Positions 12,001 to 22,955 of a stretch of 64,000 nt of DNA are shown here, one piece after another. Source of the stretch: Pelagomonas calceolata (Eukaryota). The notes below the pieces were generated by a model that was not told the DNA's origin, did no database searches, and saw only the letters and a program-made list of their open reading frames with translations. Every line of letters starts with the position of its first letter. Position 1 is the stretch's first letter. Made by a program: the position numbers and the translations under genes. Where the stretch lies: assembly GCA_918797485.1 (NCBI GenBank), contig CAKKNE010000006.1:1302001-1366000 (forward strand). The letters run 5' to 3'.

Positions 12001-15000
12001 GATATGGCCAGCGTGGCGGCGCTCGAGGCCAAGCTTCAACAGGCCGACGCTGCCGGCGCCGTGACCTTGGGCCTCGGCTTTGACGACCTCCTCGCGGGCC
12101 GGGCCTACGACTTCCTCATCGCCGCGACAAATTTTCTCGGCGTGACGACCACGGCCTACGCGACCGTCGACAAGCTGGCCTCGCCGGCGCCCGGCGTCCA
12201 ATTTCAGGGCGCCGCGACGCAGACGATGGTCCGGTCCGACAAAAAGTCGCTCAAACTCGACGTCGCGCTGCCCAAGCTCGCCTGCGTCGACACGAACGTG
12301 TCATCCACGGCGCTGGGCTTCGCCTGGCGCGCGTGGCGGCTGGCGGGGGCGACGTACATCCGAGACATCCCGGACTTGGCGGAGTACACCGCCAACCCCA
12401 TGTCGTGTCGCCTGCCGGCGGACGCCCTGGCCGCGCAGACGACCTACAAGTTCCAGGTGACCGTCGGCTTCGCGGACACCATGACCATCAACAGCTCCGC
12501 TACTACCACGATTGTTGTCGGGTCGCAGGCCCTCGTCGCGTCCATCTTAGGCGGCGTCGAGCAGGCCGTGGCGATCGGCGCCACGACCGAGCTGGACGGG
12601 TCCGAGTCGTACGACCCCGACGAGCAGGGCGCGCTCGCGTACGCGTGGACCGCGGCGCGCGTGCTGGACGACGGGAGTAGGGAAGACGCGAACTCGCTAC
12701 TGAGTTCCACAGACACGACGCAGTCCGTCCTCGCGTTCACGCCGACGACGGCCGCGGGCTGGGCGAGCGGCGCGACCTACGAATTCACGCTAACGGTCTC
12801 CCATGGCGCGCGGAGCGCGGCCTACAGCGTGCTGGTGTCGGTCTCGTCGGACCAGTACATGCCGCGCGCGACGGTCACGGAATTCGACGAGAGCATCAAG
12901 TACAATCCCACGGCGGACACGTTCGCTGCGATCTACTTCGAGGCGACGTCACCCGATCCTGATAGAACGATCGAGCAAACCGCCTGGTCCGTCGGCGACG
13001 GGCAGTCCGCGGGCCTCCTCGGCAAGCCCAGCGGGGCGCCGTCTCCCATGCTCGTCGACCTCGGCAAGACGCGGCCCAACGCCGTGTACCGGCTGAAACT
13101 TATGGTCACGGACAGCATCGGGTCGACGTCCTCGACCGTCGTTTCCCTGACGACGAACGGCCCGCCCACCTCGGGCACGTTCGCCGTCGCGCCGTACCGG
13201 GGCACCGCCCTGGAGACGGAGTTCGAATTCCTGCTGGACGGCTGGTCCGACGACGTCGACGACTACCCCCTCACGTACACGTACGGGTATCGGCTGGTCC
13301 AGGACGCGGCGCTGACGCCGCTGGTTGCGGACCAGTACGCGAGCGCGTGGTTCCTTACGACACTGCCGCAAGCGCCGAATGTCAACATCACGTGCGTCGG
13401 CCGCGTCTTCGACCGCTACCTGTCGTACGCGCAAGCCTTCACGCCCGTGCGGGTGGACCCGCTCGAGATCTCGACCGAGGACCTCTCGGCGTTCGCCGGC
13501 GATCTGTTGTCGGCGTCGGCGGACACGGGCGACGGCGAGGCGTCGCTGTCTCTGGTCTCGAACGTGGCGAGCGTCATAGGCGGGACCGACGCGAGTCGGC
13601 GGAGACTTTCCGCCGAACAGGAGTTGATCGACGACCTGATGGCCCACACGATTAGCGCGGCGAGCCTGGTGGGCACGAGCTCGTCCGCCGCGGCGGCAGC
13701 TCAGGTCCTGTCCACCGTCTCGACGCTGACCGGGGACCCCGACTCTATCTCTGAGAGCTCGCAGACGGGCGCGATCGGGCTGCTCAGCGACGTCGTCGGC
13801 GGCGCGGCAGGCACTGGCTTCGACGCTGACACGGCGGCGGCGACGGCGGCCACCCTCTCGAGCCTCCTGAGCGCGAGCCTGTTCGCGTCCGTCGCGGCGG
13901 ACGCGCGGCGGTCGTTGGGGGCCGCTAATGCCGACCTGGGCGGGCAGATGGCCGGCACGGTGGGAGCGCTGGCCACCGGCATGATCGCGGGCGCCTACGG
14001 CGGCCAGAACAGGAGCGTCGTCACGGATAACCTGGAGCTACGCGCCTTCCGGACCGACTGCGGGACGCGGGACGCGGCGTTTCGACTGTCCTCGGGGGCC
14101 GGCGTGACGGACCTGCCCGCCTCGGCCCTCGACGCCGCCGGGGGCGACAGTTGCGAGGGGGGAGCGCCGGCCGATGTGGACGTGAAGGTGGCCCGGCTGA
14201 AGAACGTCTACGCTTCTGAGGGCGACGGTGCCATTTCGGACCTGCTGCAGATCGAGCTCGGCGGCGAAGGCGCCACGGTCAAGGTTGACAATCTCGCCGA
14301 ACCCATCGTGTTCGACATCCCGTTCGACTACGACCCGACACTCGAAGCCGGCTACGACCCGGGCATCCGCACGGGCACGTGTTATAATCGGTCCCAGGTC
14401 CTGAGCTTCGACTGCGACGTGCCCACGACCTTTGATTGCGGGGAGTCTCGCGAAGTGACGCTCCCCGACGGGTCGACGACGACCGTGACGGGAGATGTCC
14501 TTCCGCTCGAAATCACGGTGAGCTGCCCCGCCAAGACGGCCGCGTGCTCGTTCTGGGACAACGCGACGAGTAGCTGGTCTTCTGATGGCTGTGCCGTCGT
14601 CGCGTCTACGGCGTCCGGCGTGACGTGCGCGTGCACGCATCTGACCGAGTTCGCCGCCTCGACGACTGCGGCAGACGCAAACTATTTCGTGGACTTTCAG
14701 CCCTCGCCGGGGCCGACGCCCGCGCCTACGACGGTTCAGCCGTCGCTGGCGCCGACGTCGCAGCCGTCGCCGGGGCCGACCACGCGGCCGACGTGGGTGC
14801 CCTGGCCGGCGCCCACGACGGCACGGCCCACGCCGAGGCCGTCGCCGGCGCCGACGCCCTTGCCCGGTCACCCCACGGCGGCGCCGGTCTTTGCTCCGAC
14901 GCCGCCGCCATCGGCCCCGCCGACCGCGGCGCCCGGGGGTTCGACGCCCGGGCCCACGCCGCGCCCGGTCTGCGATATCTGTGGCGGCCGCGGCGTCAAG

Positions 15001-15618
15001 GTCGCGGTCGCCGGGTACACGTGCGAGACGACCGCCGGCGAGAAAGTCGGCGACTCGAACACTCATCCGGCGATGGCGTTCGCGGTCTTCAACACGGCGG
15101 TCGACTGCCTCACTGCCGGCCACTCCTGGAACGCGTACACGTGCGAAGAAACGGCCCACTTCTGGGCGGAGGACGTGGACCAATGGAACCTAGGGTGGAC
15201 GTGCCAGTTTCATCGAGACTTCTGGGACTCGGGCGGGGAAGCCGGGGGCTGCTGCGTCGCCGCCCACGACGACGACGACGACGACAACCGCTTCCACCGC
15301 GGCCTCGTCGAGTCCGCAGGAGTATGGAGCCTCGCGACGGTGGGCGTCACGATGACGGGTATCGCCATCGCGTCATTTGCTAATTTGATGCAGGAACAGT
15401 GCGCCCTGGGCCCGACGATCATCTTCGAGGCTGGCACGACGCACCCGTACTACATCACCCCGAACCTGTGCACGATCGGCGCCCACACGTACTCGTCCAA
15501 GAAGACCGTGCGCGACGCGTCGCCCCGCAAGGTGTGCCGCAAGTACTGCGAGGAGGCGTCCGGAAAGCTCGCTCTCAAGCATGTGCAGGGCCTCACTTGC
15601 TACTGCAAAAAGAAGTAG
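3032..15618 (+). CDS. Giant secreted multidomain protein (~4,195 aa if repaired): 2x[prodomain + S8 subtilase + PT linker + DSYGDG beta-domain], LNR-like Cys repeats with (YS)n spacers, PT-rich stalk, Calx-beta-like, REJ/PKD and GAIN/GPS domains; 1-nt frameshift near 7678
   Basis: Signal peptide present. Two intact S8 triads: VIDSG/HGTHCAG/GTSMACPHV and VLDTG/HGSHCAG/GTSMACPHV. REJ motifs ELDGSESYDPD and NGPPTSGTFAVAP..GTALETEF. GPS motif CSFWD...WSSDGC...CACTHLTEF at 14545-14652. ORFs 3032-7789 and 7624-15618 join if one T is restored (compare the repeat at 7141). Confidence 0.8.
6731..8450 (+). repeat. Internal coding repeats: five DCSGDGDCC..SWIGD..CDG.DQ..GCDLSCFDNDGGDC units, a ~528-bp near-perfect tandem duplication and (TACTCG)n Tyr-Ser tracts
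   Basis: Units start at 6731, 7259, 7786, 8059 and 8320. Spacings of 528 and 527 bp between the first three reveal the single-base deletion. Confidence 0.9.
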
Positions 15619-15687
15619 CTGAATGTAATGTGTTTTTGCTCGTGAGTTGTGAGTTATAATGGCGTCATTGTTACGGGGGGAAGACAT

Positions 15688-15869
15688 CGCGCGTCGTCGA
15701 TTCATCGGCGGCGGGCGCGGGCGCGTGCCGTGTCTTTCGTAACAGCATACCTCCTCCTAAGTAGAACCGCTCCCGACACCCCCCGACATCATGACTAGTT
15801 GGCTTATGCGCGAGCCAGGCTCTTCCAGCTCCCGCGCGTTCGCGGCTAGCGGCATGTAAGACACTAGCA
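15688..15869 (+). repeat. Dispersed ~150-180 bp intergenic repeat (copy A) ending in the GCTAG...CTAGCA motif (15845-15869)
   Basis: The first ~100 bp (cgcgcgtcg.cgattcatcggcggcgggcgcgggc...taacagc.tacctcct.ctaag.agaaccgc) align with 30040-30140. The 3' part (ttccag..ctcccgcgc) also resembles 59845-59894. Confidence 0.85.
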
Positions 15870-15931
15870 TCCTAGCTCTCCGGACGCCGCAGAGCACAAG
15901 CGCCACAATAGGAGCATACCTGAGCACCTGG

Positions 15932-16915
15932 ATGCAGCGCTTTGCTGCCCTCGCGGCTGCCGTGCCCTTGGCCTACGCCCTGCGCCCGGCCGCCGCGCGC
16001 TCCAAGCCCCTGACCAAGCGCCACCTCGGCACGCTCATGGATTTGTTGGGAGGCGGCGGCGGCGAACTCATCGCGCCGGAAAAGGCCCTGCCCGGTCGCA
16101 AGGAAGCGATGCCGAACATTGAGGGTAGCAAGCACTTTGTGCTCGGCACGGACCAGGTGAAGGTCCCGGACGGTGCATAAATCAAATTGTCGCGGCGCGT
16201 CTCCACGCCATCGACGCGACGTGCACCGCCGACTCACTTGTTGATTTGCGCACAGGTCCCGGAGGGCCACAAGGTCGCCGTCTTCGCGAACGGCTGCTTC
16301 TGGGGCAGCGAGAAGGGCATCTGGCGCTTCCCGTATGGTATCTATTCGACCGCAGTAGGCTACTGCGCGGGGTTTACGCCGAACCCGACCTACAACGAGG
16401 CGTGCAGCGGCATGACGGGCCACACCGAGGGTGTGCGGGTGGTCTACGATCCCGAGCAGATTTCGTTTGCGGACATTTTGAGGTGGTTCTGGGAGGCCCA
16501 CGACCCGACGAGTGGCATGGGCCAGGGTAATGATAGAGGCACGCAGTACCGCTCTGGTTTTTATTACTTTGACGACGACCAGAAGCGGTTGATCGAAGCC
16601 TCGAAGGAGTTCTACGAGAAAAAATTAGGAAGACCCATCACGACGGAGGTCGCCGCGGCCAGTGACTACGACCAGTACGGCGGCGTGTGGTACTTCGCGG
16701 AGCAGTACCACCAGCAATATTTAGCGAAGCCGGGCGCGCGGCCGTACTGCTCCGCGCAGCCCCAGGGTATTGATCTGGCGCCGTTCGCGGAGTGGTGCCC
16801 CGCGGATTTACAAGAAAAGTACGCGCCCAAATTGCCGGACGTCTTCTGGGACCGCGAGAAGCCGCGGCGCGGCTGCTCTGTGGTCAACTCGCCGAACGAG
16901 CCCGTCGTGCTCTAG
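15932..16915 (+). CDS. msrA: Peptide methionine sulfoxide reductase A, probably plastid-targeted; exons 15932-16162 and 16256-16915 (296 aa)
   Basis: GCFWG active site, plus [31 protein letters not shown] and [11 protein letters not shown]. Bipartite signal/transit peptide (AYA-L). A phase-0 GT-AG intron removes the in-frame TAA at 16178. Confidence 0.93.
16171..16255 (+). mobile_element. Introner element (intron 16163-16255, 93 nt) in msrA
   Basis: Perfect 8-bp TSD GTCCCGGA at 16163-16170 and 16256-16263. Imperfect TIRs CGGTGCATAAATCAA / TTGATTTGCGCACAG. Internal family motif CCACGCCATCGACGCGACG. Confidence 0.88.
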
Positions 16916-17308
16916 GGTGATGCGTAGTGAGTACTTGCTAGATTACTAGTCGTCTTCATTTGATAGAGAGGTGATAGAGAGAGAGGGGCGGGCCCAGATT
17001 CTCGTTAGATCCAAGCCCTTCCATTGGTTTGGCATCAGACTGAATTAGATCGCACGAAGACGACGATCAGACAAGCAAACATGGCCTGCAGACTCGCCCT
17101 TGCACTACTTCTCGCCGCCAACGTCCACGAACCGCGTCGTATACACTTGCAATTTTACCTCAGGAGCAAATCGCCGTCGCCTCGCCTTTTGCAGAGAGAG
17201 ACGTACAGCGAACGATGCATTGCCCCGCGTGAGTTGCGGCTCGCCTGCCTGTGCACATAGTGACTTGACCGATTCCCTGACTAACTAACGTACTACAAAA
17301 CTTACACA

Positions 17309-18925
17309 TCACTGCCCGTCCGACCGCCGCGTCCACCCGCTCGGGTCGACCGGCTCCGTCGGCAGGGCCGCACAGAGCCGGTTCACGTACGTCCCTTTCG
17401 AGCGCTCTTCCTCGATCTGAGCATGCAGCGCCGCGAGCGCCTTGACCGAGTCGAGCGACTCGAGCACGTTTGAATCCCACCACGCCGGCGCCGAGGCCGC
17501 GGCCCCCCGCTCAATCAACAAATGCGCGTGGCGAACGTTCCCATCAGTAAACGCGGCCAGCGCCACGCCGATGACTTTGCGCCGCCGCCGCGCCAACGCC
17601 AACGCCAGCGCGGTCTCGCGGGCCGTGCCGACGCAGTCCATCGCCTTTTCGGACCCGACCAGTTCCTCGAAGAAGGGGATCATGTCCGGCTCGCCGTACA
17701 GGTCGACGCCGTGGAATATTCGGGAGGCGTCGTCGCGGAACGCCGACAAAGCACAAAACACAAAGGCGCACTTGGCGCAGGCCCCGCACCACGCATCACC
17801 TATGTGGGAATCAAACTTCGGGCGCCCCACGCCATCGACGCGACGTTGTCCTCGTAACAGCATAACCTAGCTCACTGCTTGATTTCCACACCGCTCCGCA
17901 CAATCGCCCGAGTCGTTGCAGGACCGGAATAACGAGTAGAAGGGCCGTAACGAAACCTCGAGGCAGAAGACGCCGGCCACCTGCAGGTCCCAGAGCGGCT
18001 GCAGCGGCGACACGTAGCTCACCGACGACAGCCGCCCCAAATACGAACGCAGGGCCGCCTCCCAGGCCAACGACTTGTCGAACTGATGGTTCACCTCTCT
18101 ACCTCCAAAAAAGACGCCGTTGCCCTCGGCCGCGGACCGCTCGTGCCCCACGACGAACCCGTCGTAGCCCAGCAGTGCAGCCACACCCACACCGTCGAAA
18201 GCACACAACGCCGCCCAGGGGTGGCCGCACGGCGTCCGATACGTACTTTCCGTTAGATTCGAGAAGTCGTGCTTCGCCAGGTACGCCGCGCCGCCCGCCG
18301 TCCGCACGACACCTTGCAATCGTTTTGAGTTCTCGTATTCGTCGCCGCCGTCGTCGACGTAGAGCCAATCCACCGTAGAGACGCGCGGCTGCCTCGTACT
18401 CAGCAACCACGCGACCAACGAATCCTTGCCGCCACCCAACCCGCAGAGCACCCTTACATCACCTTGGTGCTGCGCTGCGACCGGCTCCGCGTCTTCCGCG
18501 AGTTCAGCCTCGACCTCGATATCACAAGCGTCCTCATCCAAGTTGTTGTGCAGCGCGAACTCGGCGAAGGCCTCGCGGTAGAAGTCCGCCCAGAACTGCC
18601 GTTGGTCCGCCGTCAACGCCGTGGCCTTGCAGACTATTTTCCGGCAGGGCGTCGCCATCCACGGCCAGCAGAGCAACACTAAACCCGCGTGCGCCAGGAC
18701 GCGCCGACACTCGTCATTCATGGCGTCCCGGGGCGGCAGCGTCACCTTCATCCAGGCTTCGGGCCCTCCACAAAAACTGTACGCGTAGGCGACGCGCCAT
18801 GTTTTGTCAGCGTCTTGCGCGATCGTGCAGCGCGTGTAGGTTAATGTATCGGGCACCAACTCTAAGGCAGCGAAGGCGCCGCCCAGTGTGTCGCCGTCGA
18901 CGCTGGCGTCGTCGAAGCTCGCCAT
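17309..18925 (-). CDS. MurL-like protein (UDP-MurNAc-L-Ala-L-Glu epimerase family, PP-loop ATPase); exons 18925-17902 and 17799-17309 (504 aa)
   Basis: Motifs GGGKDS, PCGHPWAA, GHERSAAEGN...VNHQFDKS..WE, SPLQPLWDLQVA..F and KAMDCVG..RE. FRSCN....WCGACAKCAFVF..L..F is reconstituted after splicing. Their order matches bacterial MurL as I recall it. Confidence 0.72.
17800..17893 (-). mobile_element. Introner element (intron 17800-17901, 102 nt) in the MurL-like gene
   Basis: On the minus strand the TIRs are CGGTGTGGAAATCAA ... TTGATTCCCACATAG. The GT donor lies 8 nt before the TIR. The TSD is decayed (GTGCGGAG vs GTGATGCG). Splicing restores SCNDSGDCDAWCGAC. Confidence 0.85.
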
Positions 18926-19353
18926 CGCTGCTACGACTGCGTTTGGGAGTGCTGCACCGCACAGGCCGGCGCTGCAAACTCACGAATCGATGCAAAATCG
19001 ATGCCGGATCGATGCAGCGCTGCAGAAATGGTTCAAAAACAACGAATACGGCAGCCAGGTCTCTCTACCAGCAGCATCGGCGATTTTGCGCATGCGCTGA
19101 AAAACCCGTTTTATCAGCTGCAGGGAGCGATTTATGACAAGGCACAAAAAAAGCGCACCGCACACATCCACGCACCCCTCAATAGGTCCGGAAAACGCCT
19201 CCGCGAGTCGCGCTCAAACCCGAACAACTCAAAGAGAGCAGATCAGCTGCGCCCGAATTCACGCGCCCACAGGCCGTAGCATTGCTGCCCCGGCCAGGCC
19301 GGTGCATGCGACGCGAGCGCAGCACGGCTGCGCCAAGCAAGGGCAGCCGCACG

Positions 19354-21581
19354 ATGGCGCCAAGGCCACCAAGACACCGGCCCCTCAAGCAGCGCCGCGC
19401 GGCGCGGCACGTTCTGATAGTCGCACTCGGCACCTGCGCGCTGGCGGCCTGGCTGCTCCGGTCGCCCAGACGCGTCGCGGTCCTCATGACGGCGACGAAA
19501 CGAAAAGTTGCGGCGTTTTCGAGTGAATACGGCGAGCTCAAAGCAGCTTATGTCTACACGACGTCCATAGACAACAAGCAGCGCTACTGCGCTGTTAACA
19601 GATGCGAGTTGGTCGTTGGCGCGGACCGGAAGGAGACGTCCAATCGATCCGCGAGGTGGACGAAGGTGGCTTGGCTCCGGGAAATACTACCTCAATATGA
19701 CTGGGTCGTCTGGACCGATGTAGATTGTTTTTTTACGCGTACTGACGATGTCGTTGATGTGTTTGACGCGGCGTATGATGTACACTTCACGTTAGATAGC
19801 GGTTCTGAGGAGCGCGTCAACACCGGCTTCTTCGCGCTGCGGAACACGCAATGGAGCCGCGACTTCCTGGAACAGGTCTGGACCGACAATGATGGAGGCG
19901 AAGGGTTGTCCGACCAGCGGTCGTTCAATACGGTGTTGAATGGTCTCAGTAAAGATGAGCACCAAAGACATGTGAAGCTCTACTCGAAATCAATTTTAAA
20001 TGCTTTCCCCTCCGGCACGAACTACGTGGCCACCGAGGACTACGAGCCGCCGACCCCGGACGGCGACGAGACTTCAGAAACGAGAGTGATCCACTACGCG
20101 GGGCAATTCGGAGGTGCCCGTAATTCAGATGGAGCGACGCCTCCCACAATGCTCGTGCAGTTCCTGGATTTACTGCTCGCGCGGCACGCTCTGTACTTAA
20201 CGAAGGTGCCTGATATGAAACACGAGCGGCTGCGCTCCGTAAGTGATGCGTCAAAGCTTATAAGTGATGCGCGCGCGGCGCTGGCGAATTGCCTCAAAGC
20301 GTTGAAGACCTACGCGCCGGGCGCCTCCAAAACGCCCGTGAACTTCCTCGAGGTCTACGAATCTACTGGAGAAGTCTGCGACGCCGACGCGGCTTTAGTC
20401 AATGTACGAAGGCCCTTGTCAGAGTTGGTCGTCGCGGGCGAGGGCTACGCTTCATCATTATTGTGTTCCCACGGCGATGACGTACCTTCGACTTCCATAT
20501 CCCTGAGTGACGCGTTCCCTTCACCGAAGGTCGGTGTTAGAAAGGGCCACAAGCAAGTCCATGCCATGGAAGGCGACCTCGTCGTCGTCGCGCACGAGTG
20601 CGCTTCTCTAAGAGGACGACATGTCGTCGACGGCGCGTCGTCCTTAATACTAGCAGACAGCGGAGATACTGATGAGAAGCCAGTGCCCGCGCCGCGGCTC
20701 GCCGTCCTCGTCGCCTCGAGTGGAGACGACTTCTGGGCCTCCGTCGCGCCGCGGGCGCTCGCGTGCCTCGAGGCCTGCTCCACGTTTCAGATGGGAGACG
20801 AGACGCGGCGCGCCCCGGCGCCGCCGCTCGTCGTTGTCGGCCACGAGGGGGGCGACTGGGCGCGGATCGGCGTCGAGCTCTTTCCCGCGAATAATGTCGA
20901 CGCGACGGAGCTCTACACGTGCCACGGCGGCGGAGCCCAGGGCGCGGCGCTGGTCCGCGAGCGGCTCGGGACGCCGGAGTACGCTGCTGAGGGCCCTGTG
21001 GTGGTGGTCGAGGCGGCGCTCGCGGACGAGGTGAGGAGACTGCTCCCGGACGCGCGCGTCAAGATACTCACGGGAGCGGCGCCGTGGGAGGATATGGCGG
21101 GCGCCCTGGGCGCGGCGCGGGTCCTCGTCGTCGCCTGTGTGGAAATCAAAATTTTACGGCGCGTTCGTGCTGAATCGTCGCGTCCCTCCACGCCACCGAC
21201 GCGACGCCTGCTCGAAAACGGGGTGATGCCGGTTCCTCACCGCTCGACAGAGCCAGGACGGCCGCGTCATCGCCGAGAAATGACTTAGTGAAGAATTGTC
21301 GGGTGCACCCGTCGCACTGGTTGATTTCCACACAGGTCGTCGCCTCCGGACGCGCGAAGCGCTGCGACGTCGTGCGGTGCCGCGAGACGACGTCGGCCAT
21401 GCTGCGGTGCCGGCCGAGGACCTTGGTGCTCGAGGTCGGCGGCACGAGTGGGGACGAGGCCCTGGCGCGCGAGCTGGCATTGGGCTACCGGGCCGTGGCC
21501 GACGTGCCAGCTGCGGTTGCCGCGATCCACGAGGCCGGCGTGCTCGCGGTGGATCGGTTCGACTTTGTTGGCGACGTCTGA
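19354..21581 (+). CDS. Type II membrane glycosyltransferase, GT34 (GMA12/MNN10-like) N-terminal domain plus a divergent C-terminal domain; exons 19354-21126 and 21336-21581
   Basis: Basic N-terminus followed by a TM segment (VLIVALGTCALAAWLL). Motifs RWTKVAWLREIL..YDWVVWTDVDCFF (DxD), NTGFFALRNTQWSRDFL..VW, DQRSFN and IHYAG. Confidence 0.8.
21135..21335 (+). mobile_element. Full-length introner element (201 bp; intron 21127-21335, 209 nt)
   Basis: Perfect 15-bp TIRs CTGTGTGGAAATCAA / TTGATTTCCACACAG. Perfect 8-bp TSD GTCGTCGC at 21127-21134 and 21336-21343. Splicing fuses ORF 19282 to ORF 21288 in frame. Confidence 0.93.
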
Positions 21582-21606
21582 GCCTAGCTTTGTCTTAATT
21601 TATGTG

Positions 21607-22602
21607 TTACATTACTCCATAACTATTGGCGACGTCTGCCGCGGTTTGCGATGTGGGGTGCTCGTGGTTTAAGATACGCCTGCCCACTTCCGATACTGGT
21701 AGGGGCCGGGCGCGCATTGACTCGTCAAGGCGCGCGTGGAGAAGCGCCAAGAACATCTCATTCGACATGTTGGATCCAGAAAGGTCTGGTGTGCTGTGGT
21801 AGATGCCCGAGCAAAAAGCAAGCACCTGGCCGGTGGGTCGATCAAACATAATGTTGAGCGTCATATGGTACTGGTAGTCCTGCGACGACCCGTGCCCGAT
21901 CATTAACTCGCCATAGTCGAACCTAACGGTACATTCACTACTATTTTGGTCGTAAGCCATTGCGGCCCAATCATCCTCGTCAACATCGTCTGTATCCCAA
22001 AACGCCACCTTGACCGCGGCGCCGTCCGCCTTCCTGGTGCAGATCATGTAGGCACGTGGCATATGCGCATCCTTGAAGGTGTCTAATTGTGTGCCTTCTG
22101 CGCAGGCAAGCGAGGCGCGTCGCATGAGCGGAGACATGTTGTCGGCGCCTTGTCCCGAGGGAAATAGCACGAACGAGGCGACATTGTTATACGCGCCCAT
22201 CTCGTTCCTATCGGCGACGAGGCGCATGAATGGGAAGACCGTTGTCTGAAACCCGTCAGACTCCGACGATAAAACCACAGTGAACGCAAACTCATCAAAC
22301 GGGACTTCTTCGCTCCAGCGGCGTACGTTATGCGCAAAACCAACAACCCCTCCCGCCGATGACGGGATGAGCTCTTGGACGCGGGCCTGGGCTGCGAGCA
22401 ACCGCTTGTTTGACAGCTGAGCGAGGGTGCCGCGGGCGACGCCGGCCGCCTTTTCGCTCCACGCTCGCGTTTTATCGCCGAGTGATGACTTGCCACAGAT
22501 CTCGAGCCGGCCCAGTGATGCCGCGTCGAGAAACTCGCACGCGACGAGGACCACCGCTGCTGGGAGCTTGACCCAGGAGGCTGCTGAGGGCTGCTGCGCC
22601 AT
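21607..22602 (-). CDS. Hypothetical protein with an F-box-like N-terminus
   Basis: 331-aa ATG-initiated ORF. WVKLPAAVVLVACEFLDAASLGRLEICGKS resembles the F-box pattern LP.E....I..FL....L.R...VCK. Confidence 0.55.
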   Translation of the reverse strand: MAQQPSAASWVKLPAAVVLVACEFLDAASLGRLEICGKSSLGDKTRAWSEKAAGVARGTLAQLSNKRLLAAQARVQELIPSSAGGVVGFAHNVRRWSEEVPFDEFAFTVVLSSESDGFQTTVFPFMRLVADRNEMGAYNNVASFVLFPSGQGADNMSPLMRRASLACAEGTQLDTFKDAHMPRAYMICTRKADGAAVKVAFWDTDDVDEDDWAAMAYDQNSSECTVRFDYGELMIGHGSSQDYQYHMTLNIMFDRPTGQVLAFCSGIYHSTPDLSGSNMSNEMFLALLHARLDESMRARPLPVSEVGRRILNHEHPTSQTAADVANSYGVM

Positions 22603-22955
22603 GATGACTCGGTTTTGCTCAACGGCCGGCTGCAGGGCAGCTGTGTGAGGACTGCTGAGGTCCCAGAAGGTTCAGTTATGCGCGTCTGGCTCGGAGAGGC
22701 CCAAGGCACCTTAGCTAAGGCTAGCGGTATCGACACACTAGGATTGAAGGTGCTCGAGAGCGAGAAGCTGGAAGCTCGGCCTTTGGAGCAAGAGGACTGC
22801 GCTGAACAGCGCAGAAATCGCATAGCAGACTCCTTGGCTCGCTGCAGACCGCTTCCTGAACACTGCGCAGCACAACTGAGACTGCAAGAGCTTCACTGCA
22901 GCACCGCCCTACGCCGCCGCGGCGCGGCAGCACCGCAGCAGGCTAGAACGCAAAA

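Noticed and set aside
17309..18925. Bacterial contamination or chimeric contig as the source of the MurL-like gene
   Set aside because: The gene contains a host-family introner and lies between intron-bearing eukaryotic genes with similar composition.
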